From positions 512,001-576,000 of the forward strand of contig JAVLKG010000001.1 in assembly GCA_032128875.1 (NCBI GenBank): a stretch of DNA of 64,000 nucleotides. The letters run 5' to 3'. The translations under genes and the position numbers were made by a program. Positions 20,419-30,358 of this stretch are shown here, piece after piece (position 1 is the stretch's first letter; each line of letters opens with the position of its first letter). The notes beneath the pieces were generated by a model. It was not told the DNA's origin and did no database searches. It worked only from the letters and a program-made list of their open reading frames with translations. This DNA is from Candidatus Melainabacteria bacterium 17Bon1m (GTDB taxonomy: Bacteria > Cyanobacteriota > Vampirovibrionia > Obscuribacterales > Obscuribacteraceae).

Positions 20419-21144
20419 TTAAGCGAACCAGCTGCTGCTGATTTGCTGATTTACTGGAGCCAGCGCGCGGGTCTTCAAAATTGCGTTCAAACCAGAGCTG
20501 GTTTGTGTCGGCTTTGCAGCTACTGCGACTGGCGCGGCGATTGCCATTGCTGCTACCGGCTCTCCAACAGATACTAACTCAGCAACTGCCACGGCAACTT
20601 CGTCGAGATGAACAGGTTTTGCCATTGCTGTGAAATCAACAACCGTGATCACGCCTTCATCGCTGTCTTCAGTTTCTTCTTGCGGTGCGATAAATGAATT
20701 GATCGGTGCAATGAAGTTGGATGATGTTTGGCGCTGGGCTTCCATTTCCGCATGCACTTGAGGCATATGTGAGGCATAAATCTTTGCCAACTCTTGAGCA
20801 AAATTCCTTGCTGCTTGTTCGCGCTCGATTGGTTCGATAGGGCAGAAGGTGTTTGCCTTTTCTACTTGAGCTGCTTGCTTCTCTTGAACATAGGTGGGCA
20901 CTTCCGGCACAAACAAATTTGCCTTGGGTACCACAGCTTCGATGTGTTCATAGCCGTCACTGACCACCGCCATCTTTGAGAGCAGCGAGGTGCAGGTTTC
21001 TTCTTCGATTGCCATTGGGATATCGGATACCGACATGCAAGCGTCGAATGACTTGCCTTTGTCGGAAGAAGCCAGAGGCGGTGGCATGAAGCAGAATCTA
21101 TCGTCTTCTTGCTTGACCGATCTCGGAGGGTCTACATTTCGCAT
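20419..21144 (-). CDS. Stand-alone homolog of the C-terminal tail of the 27891-30344 protein
   Basis: DPPR...DRFCFMPPPL, VITVVDFT, LNAILKTR, SSSWFA match DDPR...DQRFNYPPPPM, LVTVADFT, LGTVLRQR, SNSWWS; has its own RBS and promoter motif. Confidence 0.8.
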   Translation of the reverse strand: MRNVDPPRSVKQEDDRFCFMPPPLASSDKGKSFDACMSVSDIPMAIEEETCTSLLSKMAVVSDGYEHIEAVVPKANLFVPEVPTYVQEKQAAQVEKANTFCPIEPIEREQAARNFAQELAKIYASHMPQVHAEMEAQRQTSSNFIAPINSFIAPQEETEDSDEGVITVVDFTAMAKPVHLDEVAVAVAELVSVGEPVAAMAIAAPVAVAAKPTQTSSGLNAILKTRALAPVNQQISSSWFA

Positions 21145-21186
21145 CTATGATTCCTCGGGACTTCGAACTTTGATGGAGTTGTTCAG

Positions 21187-21219
21187 ATAGTAACTGGCAG
21201 TGAGTTAATTTCTCGTGAA
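21187..21219 (-). promoter_or_regulatory. TTCAC-N6-TTAAC-N11-TACTAT promoter
   Basis: Motif on the minus strand upstream of the 21144 start. Confidence 0.7.
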
Positions 21220-21284
21220 TATCAATTTGGTTTACAGCTATTTTTCAACTTTGCTTTCCGTAGTTTGACCCAAAATTGTTGCAG

Positions 21285-23096
21285 CTATGTAACTGCGGTT
21301 TGATTTCCGTTGGTGTTTGGATTTGTCAGCGGGGGCATTTTGATTGGGTCGTTCCAAACACCGGTGACCGGGTTGAACGTTTTGCTGTGAGTATTGCGGT
21401 ACTCGGATACGTAAATCGGGTCGATGCCTTCGATGCCTTCGAGTCCGAGCAATCTTCCTGTCGAAGCGACTTCTTGCGGTGGGAGTGGAACGAGTTTGGG
21501 GTCCACTGCGGCAACGCGGATTGGTTTGTTGGGAACTGTGAGGAAAGCAGGAGCGACGTTCGGTTTGCGAATTCCGTTTTCGTCCAGGTCGGCAACTTGC
21601 GTTTTCGGCTTCGGAAGCAGTTGTGTTCTTGCTGCAACTTGCGTCGGTGTTTGATCCGGAACGATGTTCGGAGTGGTATTTGGGGTGGTGTTCGGAGTAG
21701 TGTTGTTCGAGCCGGTATTGCTGCTGCCGCTCTTCTTGCCACCCTTGCCGCCTTTTCCGCCACCTTTGCCAGCTTGTTGAGCTGCTTTGGCGCCGAGTCT
21801 TTCGGCTTCGGAGGCTGCACCGCGCATCAGACCAGCGAAGTCGAATGCATACTTAACAGCTGCTGTGGCGAGGAAGTTGCAAGCGCTGACGATGTAGAGA
21901 CCGCTGGAAGCTTCGCTTTTAGTAAGGGCGAGGATGAGGATGACGACGTTCCAGAAGAAAGACCAGAATGCCAGAGTGATTACGCCTTGGCACCATGCCG
22001 GGAATGCGTCTCTGAAGAGCTTCATCGGCCAGACCCAGAGCGCTGCCATGATTGGTCCGACGAAGAAGAGGTAGTACATGAACGCCATTTGGAAGGCGGT
22101 GAGGATAGACCATGCAGTGTTGATGCCGGCGTTGGACATGAACATAGCCATGCGCATACCGAGCGAACCTTGGCTCATGGTTCCGTCGTCGCGGTTGGCT
22201 GGAACTTCATTGAGACCGACGCAAGGATCAACCAGTTTGCCCCACATCATTCCTTCGCCTTTGGCGAAAGGCTCGTTGCCGCGGGGGGAAGTGTCGGCTG
22301 GCGGGAGGTTGGCGATGCTGCCGTCGTTTTCAGACAAGGAGCGAACACCGAAAGCGCGGATTTCAGCGCACATCGCATCTTGGTACATGTCGGTGCCTTG
22401 AATGCGGCGGTACTCGGAAGCGATGGTGTACTGGAGGCTATTGCCGAGGTCGATTGAGTAGTTGACGACGAGGTAGGTGCTGGGGACGAGGAAAACGCCG
22501 ATGATTGCGCGTTGGATGCCTTCGAGTGGGCTAGCTTGTCCGACCATGCACGGATTGCCTTGGGCGATGATCGCTCTGACTTGTGTGAGCACTGCGCCTG
22601 GAAGAATGAGAAGCAGAGCCATCGGTACGAAGAATCCGTCGCGGAGTCTGTTCCAACGGTTGCCACCTTCGGTGGTGAAGTTCTTCATCACGCGCTGGCA
22701 GTAGTCGATTGCTTGAATGGCTTGCTCGCGAGCAATTTCACCAGCATTGTTGCCAGCTTGATTTTGTTGAGCTTGCTGGGTTGCTTGTGCTTGCGGAACA
22801 GAGTTGCTGGGTTTTTTCTGTTTTGCTACGGTTCTGTCTGCTCTGTTTTCCATAACACGAGCTTGCTGCGTGTTGTTCCACAGTCCAGGAACGAGCTTCA
22901 GCGATTCTGCCGTTGCATCGAGCTGGGGCATACCCACGTAGGTGTCCCAGTTTCTGTTTTGTACAGAGAGTGGGTCGCCTTTGGCGTTGGCATCAAAACA
23001 AAAAGCAGTCACTACGAACAGTGCTGCCATCAAAGCAAGTACAACCGACTTGGCTGATTTGTTATCGGTGAAAACCGAAGAAACGCTGCGTGTCAT
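21285..23096 (-). CDS. VirB6/TrbL-like membrane protein, subfamily A (A4)
   Basis: Signal peptide; core DYC..NFTTEGGNRWNR, LLILPGAV, YSIDLGNS, VGPIMAALWVWP..F..W; Gly/Lys- and Pro-rich tail. Confidence 0.75.
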   Translation of the reverse strand: MTRSVSSVFTDNKSAKSVVLALMAALFVVTAFCFDANAKGDPLSVQNRNWDTYVGMPQLDATAESLKLVPGLWNNTQQARVMENRADRTVAKQKKPSNSVPQAQATQQAQQNQAGNNAGEIAREQAIQAIDYCQRVMKNFTTEGGNRWNRLRDGFFVPMALLLILPGAVLTQVRAIIAQGNPCMVGQASPLEGIQRAIIGVFLVPSTYLVVNYSIDLGNSLQYTIASEYRRIQGTDMYQDAMCAEIRAFGVRSLSENDGSIANLPPADTSPRGNEPFAKGEGMMWGKLVDPCVGLNEVPANRDDGTMSQGSLGMRMAMFMSNAGINTAWSILTAFQMAFMYYLFFVGPIMAALWVWPMKLFRDAFPAWCQGVITLAFWSFFWNVVILILALTKSEASSGLYIVSACNFLATAAVKYAFDFAGLMRGAASEAERLGAKAAQQAGKGGGKGGKGGKKSGSSNTGSNNTTPNTTPNTTPNIVPDQTPTQVAARTQLLPKPKTQVADLDENGIRKPNVAPAFLTVPNKPIRVAAVDPKLVPLPPQEVASTGRLLGLEGIEGIDPIYVSEYRNTHSKTFNPVTGVWNDPIKMPPLTNPNTNGNQTAVT

Positions 23097-23129
23097 GTAT
23101 GCAGTGCCTGGGGGGTGGGGGACCTTTAG

Positions 23130-23162
23130 ATATTAAAGAGGAGATCGTGAAAACCACGTGAA
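23130..23162 (-). promoter_or_regulatory. TTCAC-N6-TTCAC-N11-TAATAT promoter
   Basis: Exact motif upstream of 23096; three extra TTCAC boxes on the + strand at 23214, 23226 and 23238. Confidence 0.75.
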
Positions 23163-23396
23163 CGCGCAAATTTAGGCGCCTGTGAAGGTTTTGGCTGTTG
23201 AGCCGAGCGAATGTTCACCCTCATGTTCACGCTGAAATTCACGCGATCAAGCCAGAGAATTAATGTGTTTTTTTTCGAGACGTAACTCGACATCAATTCG
23301 ACCCAAAAAAATTTGAGTAGAAGAACGCCGACCTCCGATTTTTTGTCTATCTCGGATTAATTTTTGCCGTTTTCTGAGGCGTTTCTTTAGCTGAGG

Positions 23397-26060
23397 CTAT
23401 TTGCTGTCACCCGCTTTGTCAGCCAGTTCCGCAGCTTTCTGACCAGCTGCTTTGACGAGTCCACCGAAGTCGAATGCGTATTTGACAGACGCTGTGGCGA
23501 GGAAATTGATGGCTGTCACCATGAAGATGCCTGTGTCGTCGGTCCCTTTGAAGCACGCTAGAAGCAAGATTGTGGTGCTCCAGAACAAACTCCAGAAGCA
23601 CAGCGTGACTACGCCTTCAACCCAGCTGCCGAACGCGTCTCGAAGGAATTTCATTGGCCACACCCAGAGCGCGGCCATGATTGGTCCTACAAAGAAAAGG
23701 TAATAGAAAAATGCCATTTGGAATGCGCAGAGAATTGACCAGCCTGTGCACATCGCTGCGTTGGTCGTGTTTAGCAGTGAACGTACAGCAACGTTGGAGG
23801 ACTCGATACTGGCGTCGTCTCTGTTCGCTGGAACCAGGTGTAGTCCCGAACAGGGGTCTTCTAATTTGCCCCATATTCGCGCTTCTGCTTTTGCGAAGAT
23901 ACCCTGCGGATTTCGAGGTGTGAAGTCCCATGGTGGGGTGTTGAGCGAACTATCGTTCTCTGACACATAGCGAGGACCAAAGGCGCGAATTTCAGCGCAC
24001 ATGGCGTCCTCGTACATGTCTGTTTGGAACAGCCGCTTGTACTCATCAGCAACGGTAAATTGAATACTGTTGCCTAAGTCAATCGCGTAGTTACAGATTA
24101 AATAGCTTCCCGGAATTAAGAAAACAGCTATCATGCCGCGCTGCATTCCATCGATTGGGCTGACTTGCCCAACGATAGGCGAACCTTGCGAAATAATCGC
24201 ACGCACTTGGCACACGACTGCGCCTGGCAGCAAAATAAGAATCGCCATCGGCACGAAGACACCATCGCGGAACCTGTTCCACTTATTGCCGCCTTCGGTT
24301 GTGAAATTCCTCATGAAGCGTGAGCAATAGTCGATAGCTTGTACCGCTTGTTCTCTCGCGATGTCTGCAGCGGAGTTACCTGCTTGGTTTGCTTGTGCTT
24401 GCCCTGATGCTTTTGCTGCTGGAGTTGAGTTTTTCGGTTGACGAGCCAACCCGGCCATCCGCTCTGCTGCTAGGAACTGAGTCTTTTGAATCTGGTCGTT
24501 CGTAGCAAGTGCAGTGTCTGCTGCCAAAGCTTTTGCCTTAGCAGCAGCTTCTCGCATGTAGGTCGTTTTATAGACCTCGTTCTGCAAAATGTTTGCGTTG
24601 TTCTGCCTGTTTTGATTTTGGCTTTGCTGGTTGCCTTGCGACTGCCCGCCACCGTTGTTGCCGCCGCCATTGTTGCCACCATTGCCGCCTCCGGCCCCGT
24701 TACCGCCTCCGCCGTTGTTGTTTCCAACTCCAAAGGCGCCGCCACCTTGCGGCAAATATTGCTGCAGTTGTTGCTGCAAATTTTGGTTATTGGGCTGTTG
24801 CTGAAGCGCATTTTGCATCGCTTGCTGACGCGCGAGACGCTGCGCAGCCAGCGCTTGCTGTGTCCGCTGCTGCGGTGTCAGTTGCGACTGTCCTTGCGGC
24901 TGATACCCACCTGCTTGTGGGGTGAACGTAACCGCTGGCTGCCCCGTCGTGCCACCAGGCAGTGTTACTCCGCCACCGCCTTGGGGTACCTGTGCTCCCG
25001 GAAACGGAAGATTCCCTAACTGTGGAAGTTGAGGAAACTGCAGGTTCGGAAATGGAAGTTGTGGTAATTGAATTTGAGGACCGCCCGGCAATTGAAGCGT
25101 CGGGAGGTTGGCGGAAACATTAGGCGCCTGGCCCTGAATGGTGGGAAGTTGTCCCTGGACGTTGACACCTAATTTAGGAACTTGAGCCTTTAGTAAAGGC
25201 GCTTGACCTTGCAGTGTGGGCAGCTGTCCGTTGACGCGAACATTGAGACTGCCCTGGGCACTTCCGTTTCCGCCCCTGACGCGGCCATTCACGCTCAGCC
25301 CGTTTCCATTCGCGGTGGCACGGATACTGCCGCTGGAGTTGCCTCCATTGTTTCCGCTGGCACTTCCGCGGACGTTTCCGCCAGCACTTGCACTAATGCT
25401 TCCGCTGCCGCCGCCGTTTCCACCTGAATTTGCACTGATGCTTCCGCTGGCATTGCCCCCAGCGCTTCCATTGGCGTTTCCACTTATACTTCCGCTGGCG
25501 TTTCCACCGGCATTACCACCAAAACTGCCGCTCGCACTGCCGCTCACACTGCCGCCGCCCTGTGCTTGTGAGCTTGAACCAAAAACGGTGACGCCGCTGC
25601 CCGGTGCGGGAGTTGTGTAGCCGGTTTTGCCTTTCTTGTTATTTTTTGCGACTTTGCCTTGACCAGCTTGTTGCCCCTGTGAATTTTGCTGGGTGGTTTG
25701 AGTCGGATTTTGGCGAAGCAATTGCAATAGACTTTGCATTTGCTTTTGGTTTTGCATCTGTTTTAGTAAAGCTTGCTGATGTTGCAGCTCCTGCTGCCCC
25801 ACTGCAGGCTGAGAGCCTGAACTGGAGCCAGCCTTGGCTTGAGCACTGGTGCCTGAAACTGATCCCGAAACAGATACGGAACCAGAGCCAGAACCGGAAC
25901 CGGAACTGGAACCCTTCTTGCAATGCGCAGGCTTCTTGATCGGTGCCCCTTTGTCACAAGAATGCGTTTGCGCGGTTGCGCCCACTGTCGACACTAAAAT
26001 TGCCCCAAGTGTCAGCAGGCTGTAGGCGATTGATAATCTTCGGTATTTCAAGGAAGTCAC
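23397..26060 (-). CDS. VirB6/TrbL-like membrane protein, subfamily A (A3), with long G/S/N/Q/P-rich N-terminal extension
   Basis: GGAG plus GTG at 26060; signal peptide; ~500 aa low-complexity region; conserved A core. Confidence 0.75.
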   Translation of the reverse strand: MTSLKYRRLSIAYSLLTLGAILVSTVGATAQTHSCDKGAPIKKPAHCKKGSSSGSGSGSGSVSVSGSVSGTSAQAKAGSSSGSQPAVGQQELQHQQALLKQMQNQKQMQSLLQLLRQNPTQTTQQNSQGQQAGQGKVAKNNKKGKTGYTTPAPGSGVTVFGSSSQAQGGGSVSGSASGSFGGNAGGNASGSISGNANGSAGGNASGSISANSGGNGGGSGSISASAGGNVRGSASGNNGGNSSGSIRATANGNGLSVNGRVRGGNGSAQGSLNVRVNGQLPTLQGQAPLLKAQVPKLGVNVQGQLPTIQGQAPNVSANLPTLQLPGGPQIQLPQLPFPNLQFPQLPQLGNLPFPGAQVPQGGGGVTLPGGTTGQPAVTFTPQAGGYQPQGQSQLTPQQRTQQALAAQRLARQQAMQNALQQQPNNQNLQQQLQQYLPQGGGAFGVGNNNGGGGNGAGGGNGGNNGGGNNGGGQSQGNQQSQNQNRQNNANILQNEVYKTTYMREAAAKAKALAADTALATNDQIQKTQFLAAERMAGLARQPKNSTPAAKASGQAQANQAGNSAADIAREQAVQAIDYCSRFMRNFTTEGGNKWNRFRDGVFVPMAILILLPGAVVCQVRAIISQGSPIVGQVSPIDGMQRGMIAVFLIPGSYLICNYAIDLGNSIQFTVADEYKRLFQTDMYEDAMCAEIRAFGPRYVSENDSSLNTPPWDFTPRNPQGIFAKAEARIWGKLEDPCSGLHLVPANRDDASIESSNVAVRSLLNTTNAAMCTGWSILCAFQMAFFYYLFFVGPIMAALWVWPMKFLRDAFGSWVEGVVTLCFWSLFWSTTILLLACFKGTDDTGIFMVTAINFLATASVKYAFDFGGLVKAAGQKAAELADKAGDSK

Positions 26061-26091
26061 TTTAGAATTTCTCCGGGTCGAAAACCAATGA

Positions 26092-27633
26092 TTAAGCTCT
26101 ACCTTGGTGGTGCGGCGAGCCGCCTTTCTTACCGCCACTGGCGCCATTTTCACTGGCTTCTCTGGCTTTTTCGAGCAGTCTGTCGACCAATTCGCCCGGT
26201 TTTAATTCGAATGGTGCAAAGGGTACGTACATCATCATAACCATGAAGCACATGAGCATGAGTCCTTCCCACTCTGTGTTTGGTACATATTCACCAATTT
26301 CTCTGAGCCAAGAAATACGGGTGACCATGACAAACACAATCAGGACCCACCAGAATCTCCAAAGAGATAGTGTTACTACTGCATTTACCCAATTTATAAA
26401 GACTGGTTTGAATAATCTGCCTACGCTACCCGGCCATGCATAGAGGGCGGCGGCGATAGGTCCCATCAAAAGAAGGTAGCAGCTCATTGCCAACTGGAAT
26501 GCTGCGAGGATGAGCAAGCCAACTCCCATAGACATATTGATCATGCCGGAAGCCATTTGGAAGGTTTGATCTTTAAATTCTTGCGGATCGAGACCGTCTC
26601 TGAGTTGACCTCTGGCTTCTTTGGCTTGTTGCTGACCAAGTGCCCATTGAACGACTTCATTTGCAGTGAATTGCTGTGCGATTGCATAGGTCATCGAGTT
26701 ACCGACGTCAATCGAGTAGCTCATGATCAATTGAGTAGAAGGAATAAGGAAAAGAGCAATCATTGCGCGGAGGATATGTCCCAGCGGTCCGCCTTGGTTG
26801 TCTTCGTCAGGATTTGCGAATTGGGAGATCATCAGCTTCATTTGAAGGATGACGGCTCCCGGTACGAGAAGGAGAAGAGCCATCGGCAGGTAAACATGGC
26901 GGTACATTTGCTGCACCATGCCGATTGCTTGTGATACCGGACGGAAAGGAGCGCGGGTGCTGCCGGTTGTGCCGACTGCTTCGTTGGCTACATTTATGTT
27001 GCCTGCCAGAAGCATCGGGATGTAATCGGAGAGTGCATCGCAGTTGCCATTTTGCATGGCATCGCCCGCTGCCTGCATTTGACCTTGCATGTCGCTAACT
27101 GCGTTGGGTATTGCTTGCTGGGGAGCGCCACCGATTGCTACTTGCTGTGTTGTTGCATTGTCGGCCGCCAAGGCTTGCTGTGGGTTGCCTGCCGGAGTGC
27201 GAGGATAAGTAGGTTGTTCTTTGGTGAAGTTGTTTTGGTATCCCTTATTACCTGTGTTAGAACCTTCTTGGTTCTTCTTGCGCTGCTTCATCATTTCGAT
27301 AGTAAGGGTGTAATCGCGAAGTCTCGTTCTATCCGGAGCCGGCTTCGACTCGTGAACGTATGGGGTGCCTTCGCAATTAGAATCCGGACGCGGCTGAGCA
27401 TCGTGAAGAGCTGACAACGGGTGGTCTTGGTTCCAGCGTCTTTGCTGCTGGGTGAGAGAGTTGCCTTGTCTTTGAGCCAAAGCATCTTGAGCGACGGCGC
27501 CGAACATGATGACCATCAAGATCGCAAGCGCGAGGGTCTTGGTCATTTGACCGACCTTTGCTGCTTTGGCGATGTTGGTAAGGAGGTTACGAGTAAAAGC
27601 CGACTCGTCCGGCGAAAAAACGCGGTTTGTCAT
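26092..27633 (-). CDS. VirB6/TrbL-like membrane protein, subfamily B (B2)
   Basis: QPRPD..HES.PAPDRT, NVANEA, LPMALLLLVPGAV, YSIDVGNS, MGPIAAALYAWP..F..W. Confidence 0.75.
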   Translation of the reverse strand: MTNRVFSPDESAFTRNLLTNIAKAAKVGQMTKTLALAILMVIMFGAVAQDALAQRQGNSLTQQQRRWNQDHPLSALHDAQPRPDSNCEGTPYVHESKPAPDRTRLRDYTLTIEMMKQRKKNQEGSNTGNKGYQNNFTKEQPTYPRTPAGNPQQALAADNATTQQVAIGGAPQQAIPNAVSDMQGQMQAAGDAMQNGNCDALSDYIPMLLAGNINVANEAVGTTGSTRAPFRPVSQAIGMVQQMYRHVYLPMALLLLVPGAVILQMKLMISQFANPDEDNQGGPLGHILRAMIALFLIPSTQLIMSYSIDVGNSMTYAIAQQFTANEVVQWALGQQQAKEARGQLRDGLDPQEFKDQTFQMASGMINMSMGVGLLILAAFQLAMSCYLLLMGPIAAALYAWPGSVGRLFKPVFINWVNAVVTLSLWRFWWVLIVFVMVTRISWLREIGEYVPNTEWEGLMLMCFMVMMMYVPFAPFELKPGELVDRLLEKAREASENGASGGKKGGSPHHQGRA

Positions 27634-27667
27634 TCGTGGGCTCTGGGGGCGTCAGGGCTACACGAAG

Positions 27668-27700
27668 ATAGTAGTTAGGGGAACGTGAAAGTAGCGTGAA
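27668..27700 (-). promoter_or_regulatory. TTCAC-N6-TTCAC-N11-TACTAT promoter
   Basis: Exact motif upstream of 27633. Confidence 0.75.
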
Positions 27701-27890
27701 CGGCATGAAAGCGCACCCTGGTCAGCCTTCCCGGTTTTAATCTTCCGAGAAGGAGGGGCCGTCGAACCGATTTTCGACGCTGCAGTTACTTGAGAGAGAG
27801 AAGAAAAATATGCTGGCTTTCGGTTGGCTCTGTTTTAAGGTGCTCCTTCTTTGATTTGTAATTTGCTTCTAGGTAATTGTTTTTAGGAGC

Positions 27891-30344
27891 CTAAGACCAC
27901 CAGCTATTGCTCAGTGCTTGTGGCACTGGAGGCTTGACTGGGGTCTCTGCCTGCGCCCAGGCGCCGCGCTGACGCAGGACTGTGCCGAGAGCGTGGTTGA
28001 GATTCGGTTTGCGAGATTCGGGAGCGGACCGCCCCTGAAGGTCGCTAGTAAAATCAGCGACTGTGACGAGTACTTCTTCCTGCGGCTCGAACGATTGCTG
28101 GGTGTTTGGCACCAGGCTAAAACCAGTGAGAGGTGGTGCACTGACGGGCGGCGCCGTGGCTGCAGCTGCTTCTGCGACTGTTTGCAGCTTGGAGAGCAAT
28201 TGCTGAGGCGTCAGCGCTACGCCGGATGGAACTTTGGCAAATCCGGCCGCAGGCTGTCCGCTCACCATTGGGGGCGGCGGGTAATTGAAGCGCTGGTCTC
28301 TGAGTGCGGCGATTCTAGGATCATCGTTCGAGTTCATTTCTGACTCCTGATTGGGGGTGGAGGTGGAGGTGGAGGATGGGGAGAAGTCTTCTGCTTCTAT
28401 TTCTGCTTTTACTTTTTCTAGATAGATAAGATCCGGATCTTGGTGCGGGACGCTCGCCGGATAGTGCATCACGTTCTGAATCGAGTTGCCGAGCACGCTG
28501 CCGATTGTGTTTCTCGGCAATGGCGCAACCGGATGTCCGGATGAAGGCGGTGCCGCACAGACGGGGTCATTCCAAACACCGGTTTCTTTGTTGAGCGTGC
28601 ATTTTGTTTCGACTGGTGTTTCTTGTACGTCAGGAGACCAGCCAGTCATTGGGTCGGAAAAGGCGATGCGAGGTGCGGCAGGTTGGATTGATTCGGCGGG
28701 GGTTGCAGGAACAGCAGGCACGACCGGAGCGACGGGGGCTGCCAGCGGTGGTTTTGAAACGTTTTGGGGAGAAACGAGCGGCATTGGTCCTTTCGCATTA
28801 GCTTTGAGCGGGGCCGCTGGAACCTTGGGCAATTCATTGCCCTCGTCATCGTGAGTAACTGTGAATCCTGCCATTCTGGCAGCGATTGGAGCAGCGCTGG
28901 CGACTTTGTCCGGAGCCGCTGCAGGAGCGCTATTTTGTTTGCTGCCGGCGCCTTTCGAGCCACCTTTCTTGCCACCCTTGCCGCCGCCTTTGCCACCACC
29001 GCCGCCACCACCTTCCGCGCCTGCTGCAACTTCAGCGCCGATCATTTCGCACTGTTGAACAGCGCTCTTCATGATGGCAGCGCAGTCAAATGCATGTTTT
29101 ACAGAGGTCGTCGCGAGTACGTTCAGCGCAGTCACCATGTATAGACCGGTCGAAGCTTGTGCTTTGGTCATTGCCAGAAGGCAGATGGTGATTTGCCAGA
29201 GGAAACTCCAGAACGCCAGCGTAATGCAGCTTTCAACCCAGGTGGGGAATGCTTGTTTGAACATTTGGGTCGGCCATGCCCAGAGCCCGGCCATGATCGG
29301 ACCAGCGAAGTAGAGGTAGTAAAAGAAAGCCATTTGGAACGCGGTTAGCATTGCCCAACCGGCGCAAAGCCCTGCGTTAGCTGTGTACATGCCCATGCGT
29401 GTTGCAATCGATGCTTGCGGCATGATGGTGTCTTCGCGGTTGGGCGGAACAAGATAGAGACCGGTGCAGGGATCGCTGATTTTGCCCCAAAGGCGACCTT
29501 CAATTTTCGCGAACGGCTCGTTGCCGCGGGGGGAAAGATCTGGGGAGATATCTTTGCTCAGCGAACCTTCGGCTTCAGCCAAATAACGAACACCGAATGC
29601 GCGGATTTCTGCGCACATTGCGTCGCGGTACATGTCACCGCCGACGATGCGCGAGTATTCTGAACTGACTGTGTAGTGAAGGCTGTTGCCCAGGTCGATG
29701 GCGAAGTTTGTGACGAGGCAGCTTGCCGGAACCAGCGCGACTGCAATGATTCCGCGCTGTATACCTTCGAGCGGGCTGGTCGCACCGAGGACCGGGTTGC
29801 CTTGCGCCATGATTGCTCTTACTTGTGTAAGGACGGCACCAGGCAGAATCAGCAAAAGTGCGATAGGCACGAAAACATTGTTGCGGTGTCTGTTCCAACG
29901 GTTGCCGTCCGATGTCGTGAAGTTTTTCATAAAACGCGAAGCGTAGTCGATGGCCATGCACGCCATGTCGCGTGCGATGTCACCGGCTGAGTTGCCGACT
30001 TGGCTTTGACCGGCTTGCGACTCGGCGGCAGCACCCTTGGTGGCATTTTTCGGACGAAGCGATTTTGCTGCAATCAGTTCGGCTCTGTTCTTGGACACTT
30101 GGCCTACTTGCTGGTCCTTTACCTCGCCTTGTTTTTTTGCAAGCGCCTCTGCTTCCTCTGCGAGCTCGTCGGGCTTCATCGCTTGGTTTTGCTCTTCTTC
30201 CATCGACTTCAAATTGGTCTTGTTCACATCTTCAGCAAATGCTTGAGAGTTGCAAGCGAAAAACGAGATGAGTAGCGCGCTCACAAAGGTGAGGACGAAA
30301 CCAGCGTGTTGCATTTTTTGAAGATTGGACTTCGACAATTTCAC
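27891..30344 (-). CDS. VirB6/TrbL-like membrane protein, subfamily A (A2), with long Pro-rich C-terminal extension
   Basis: GAGG plus GTG; signal peptide; conserved A core; C-terminus homologous to the A4 tail plus the 20419-21144 protein. Confidence 0.75.
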   Translation of the reverse strand: MKLSKSNLQKMQHAGFVLTFVSALLISFFACNSQAFAEDVNKTNLKSMEEEQNQAMKPDELAEEAEALAKKQGEVKDQQVGQVSKNRAELIAAKSLRPKNATKGAAAESQAGQSQVGNSAGDIARDMACMAIDYASRFMKNFTTSDGNRWNRHRNNVFVPIALLLILPGAVLTQVRAIMAQGNPVLGATSPLEGIQRGIIAVALVPASCLVTNFAIDLGNSLHYTVSSEYSRIVGGDMYRDAMCAEIRAFGVRYLAEAEGSLSKDISPDLSPRGNEPFAKIEGRLWGKISDPCTGLYLVPPNREDTIMPQASIATRMGMYTANAGLCAGWAMLTAFQMAFFYYLYFAGPIMAGLWAWPTQMFKQAFPTWVESCITLAFWSFLWQITICLLAMTKAQASTGLYMVTALNVLATTSVKHAFDCAAIMKSAVQQCEMIGAEVAAGAEGGGGGGGKGGGKGGKKGGSKGAGSKQNSAPAAAPDKVASAAPIAARMAGFTVTHDDEGNELPKVPAAPLKANAKGPMPLVSPQNVSKPPLAAPVAPVVPAVPATPAESIQPAAPRIAFSDPMTGWSPDVQETPVETKCTLNKETGVWNDPVCAAPPSSGHPVAPLPRNTIGSVLGNSIQNVMHYPASVPHQDPDLIYLEKVKAEIEAEDFSPSSTSTSTPNQESEMNSNDDPRIAALRDQRFNYPPPPMVSGQPAAGFAKVPSGVALTPQQLLSKLQTVAEAAAATAPPVSAPPLTGFSLVPNTQQSFEPQEEVLVTVADFTSDLQGRSAPESRKPNLNHALGTVLRQRGAWAQAETPVKPPVPQALSNSWWS

Positions 30345-30358
30345 TGTTGATTCCTCGC

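Noticed and set aside
20395-20434. Triple GCGAACCAGCT repeat (and the TTTCGCTTAGGC duplication near 31765-31790)
   Set aside because: Local slippage duplications at gene ends; no evidence of function
21276-22457. 393-aa plus-strand ORF and other long antisense ORFs (e.g. 1378-2115, 12751-13356, 55232-55882)
   Set aside because: They overlap well-supported genes on the opposite strand and have no motifs
26061-26153. Overlapping start of A3 at 26153
   Set aside because: GTG at 26060 has a GGAG RBS, gives a normal signal peptide and removes the overlap
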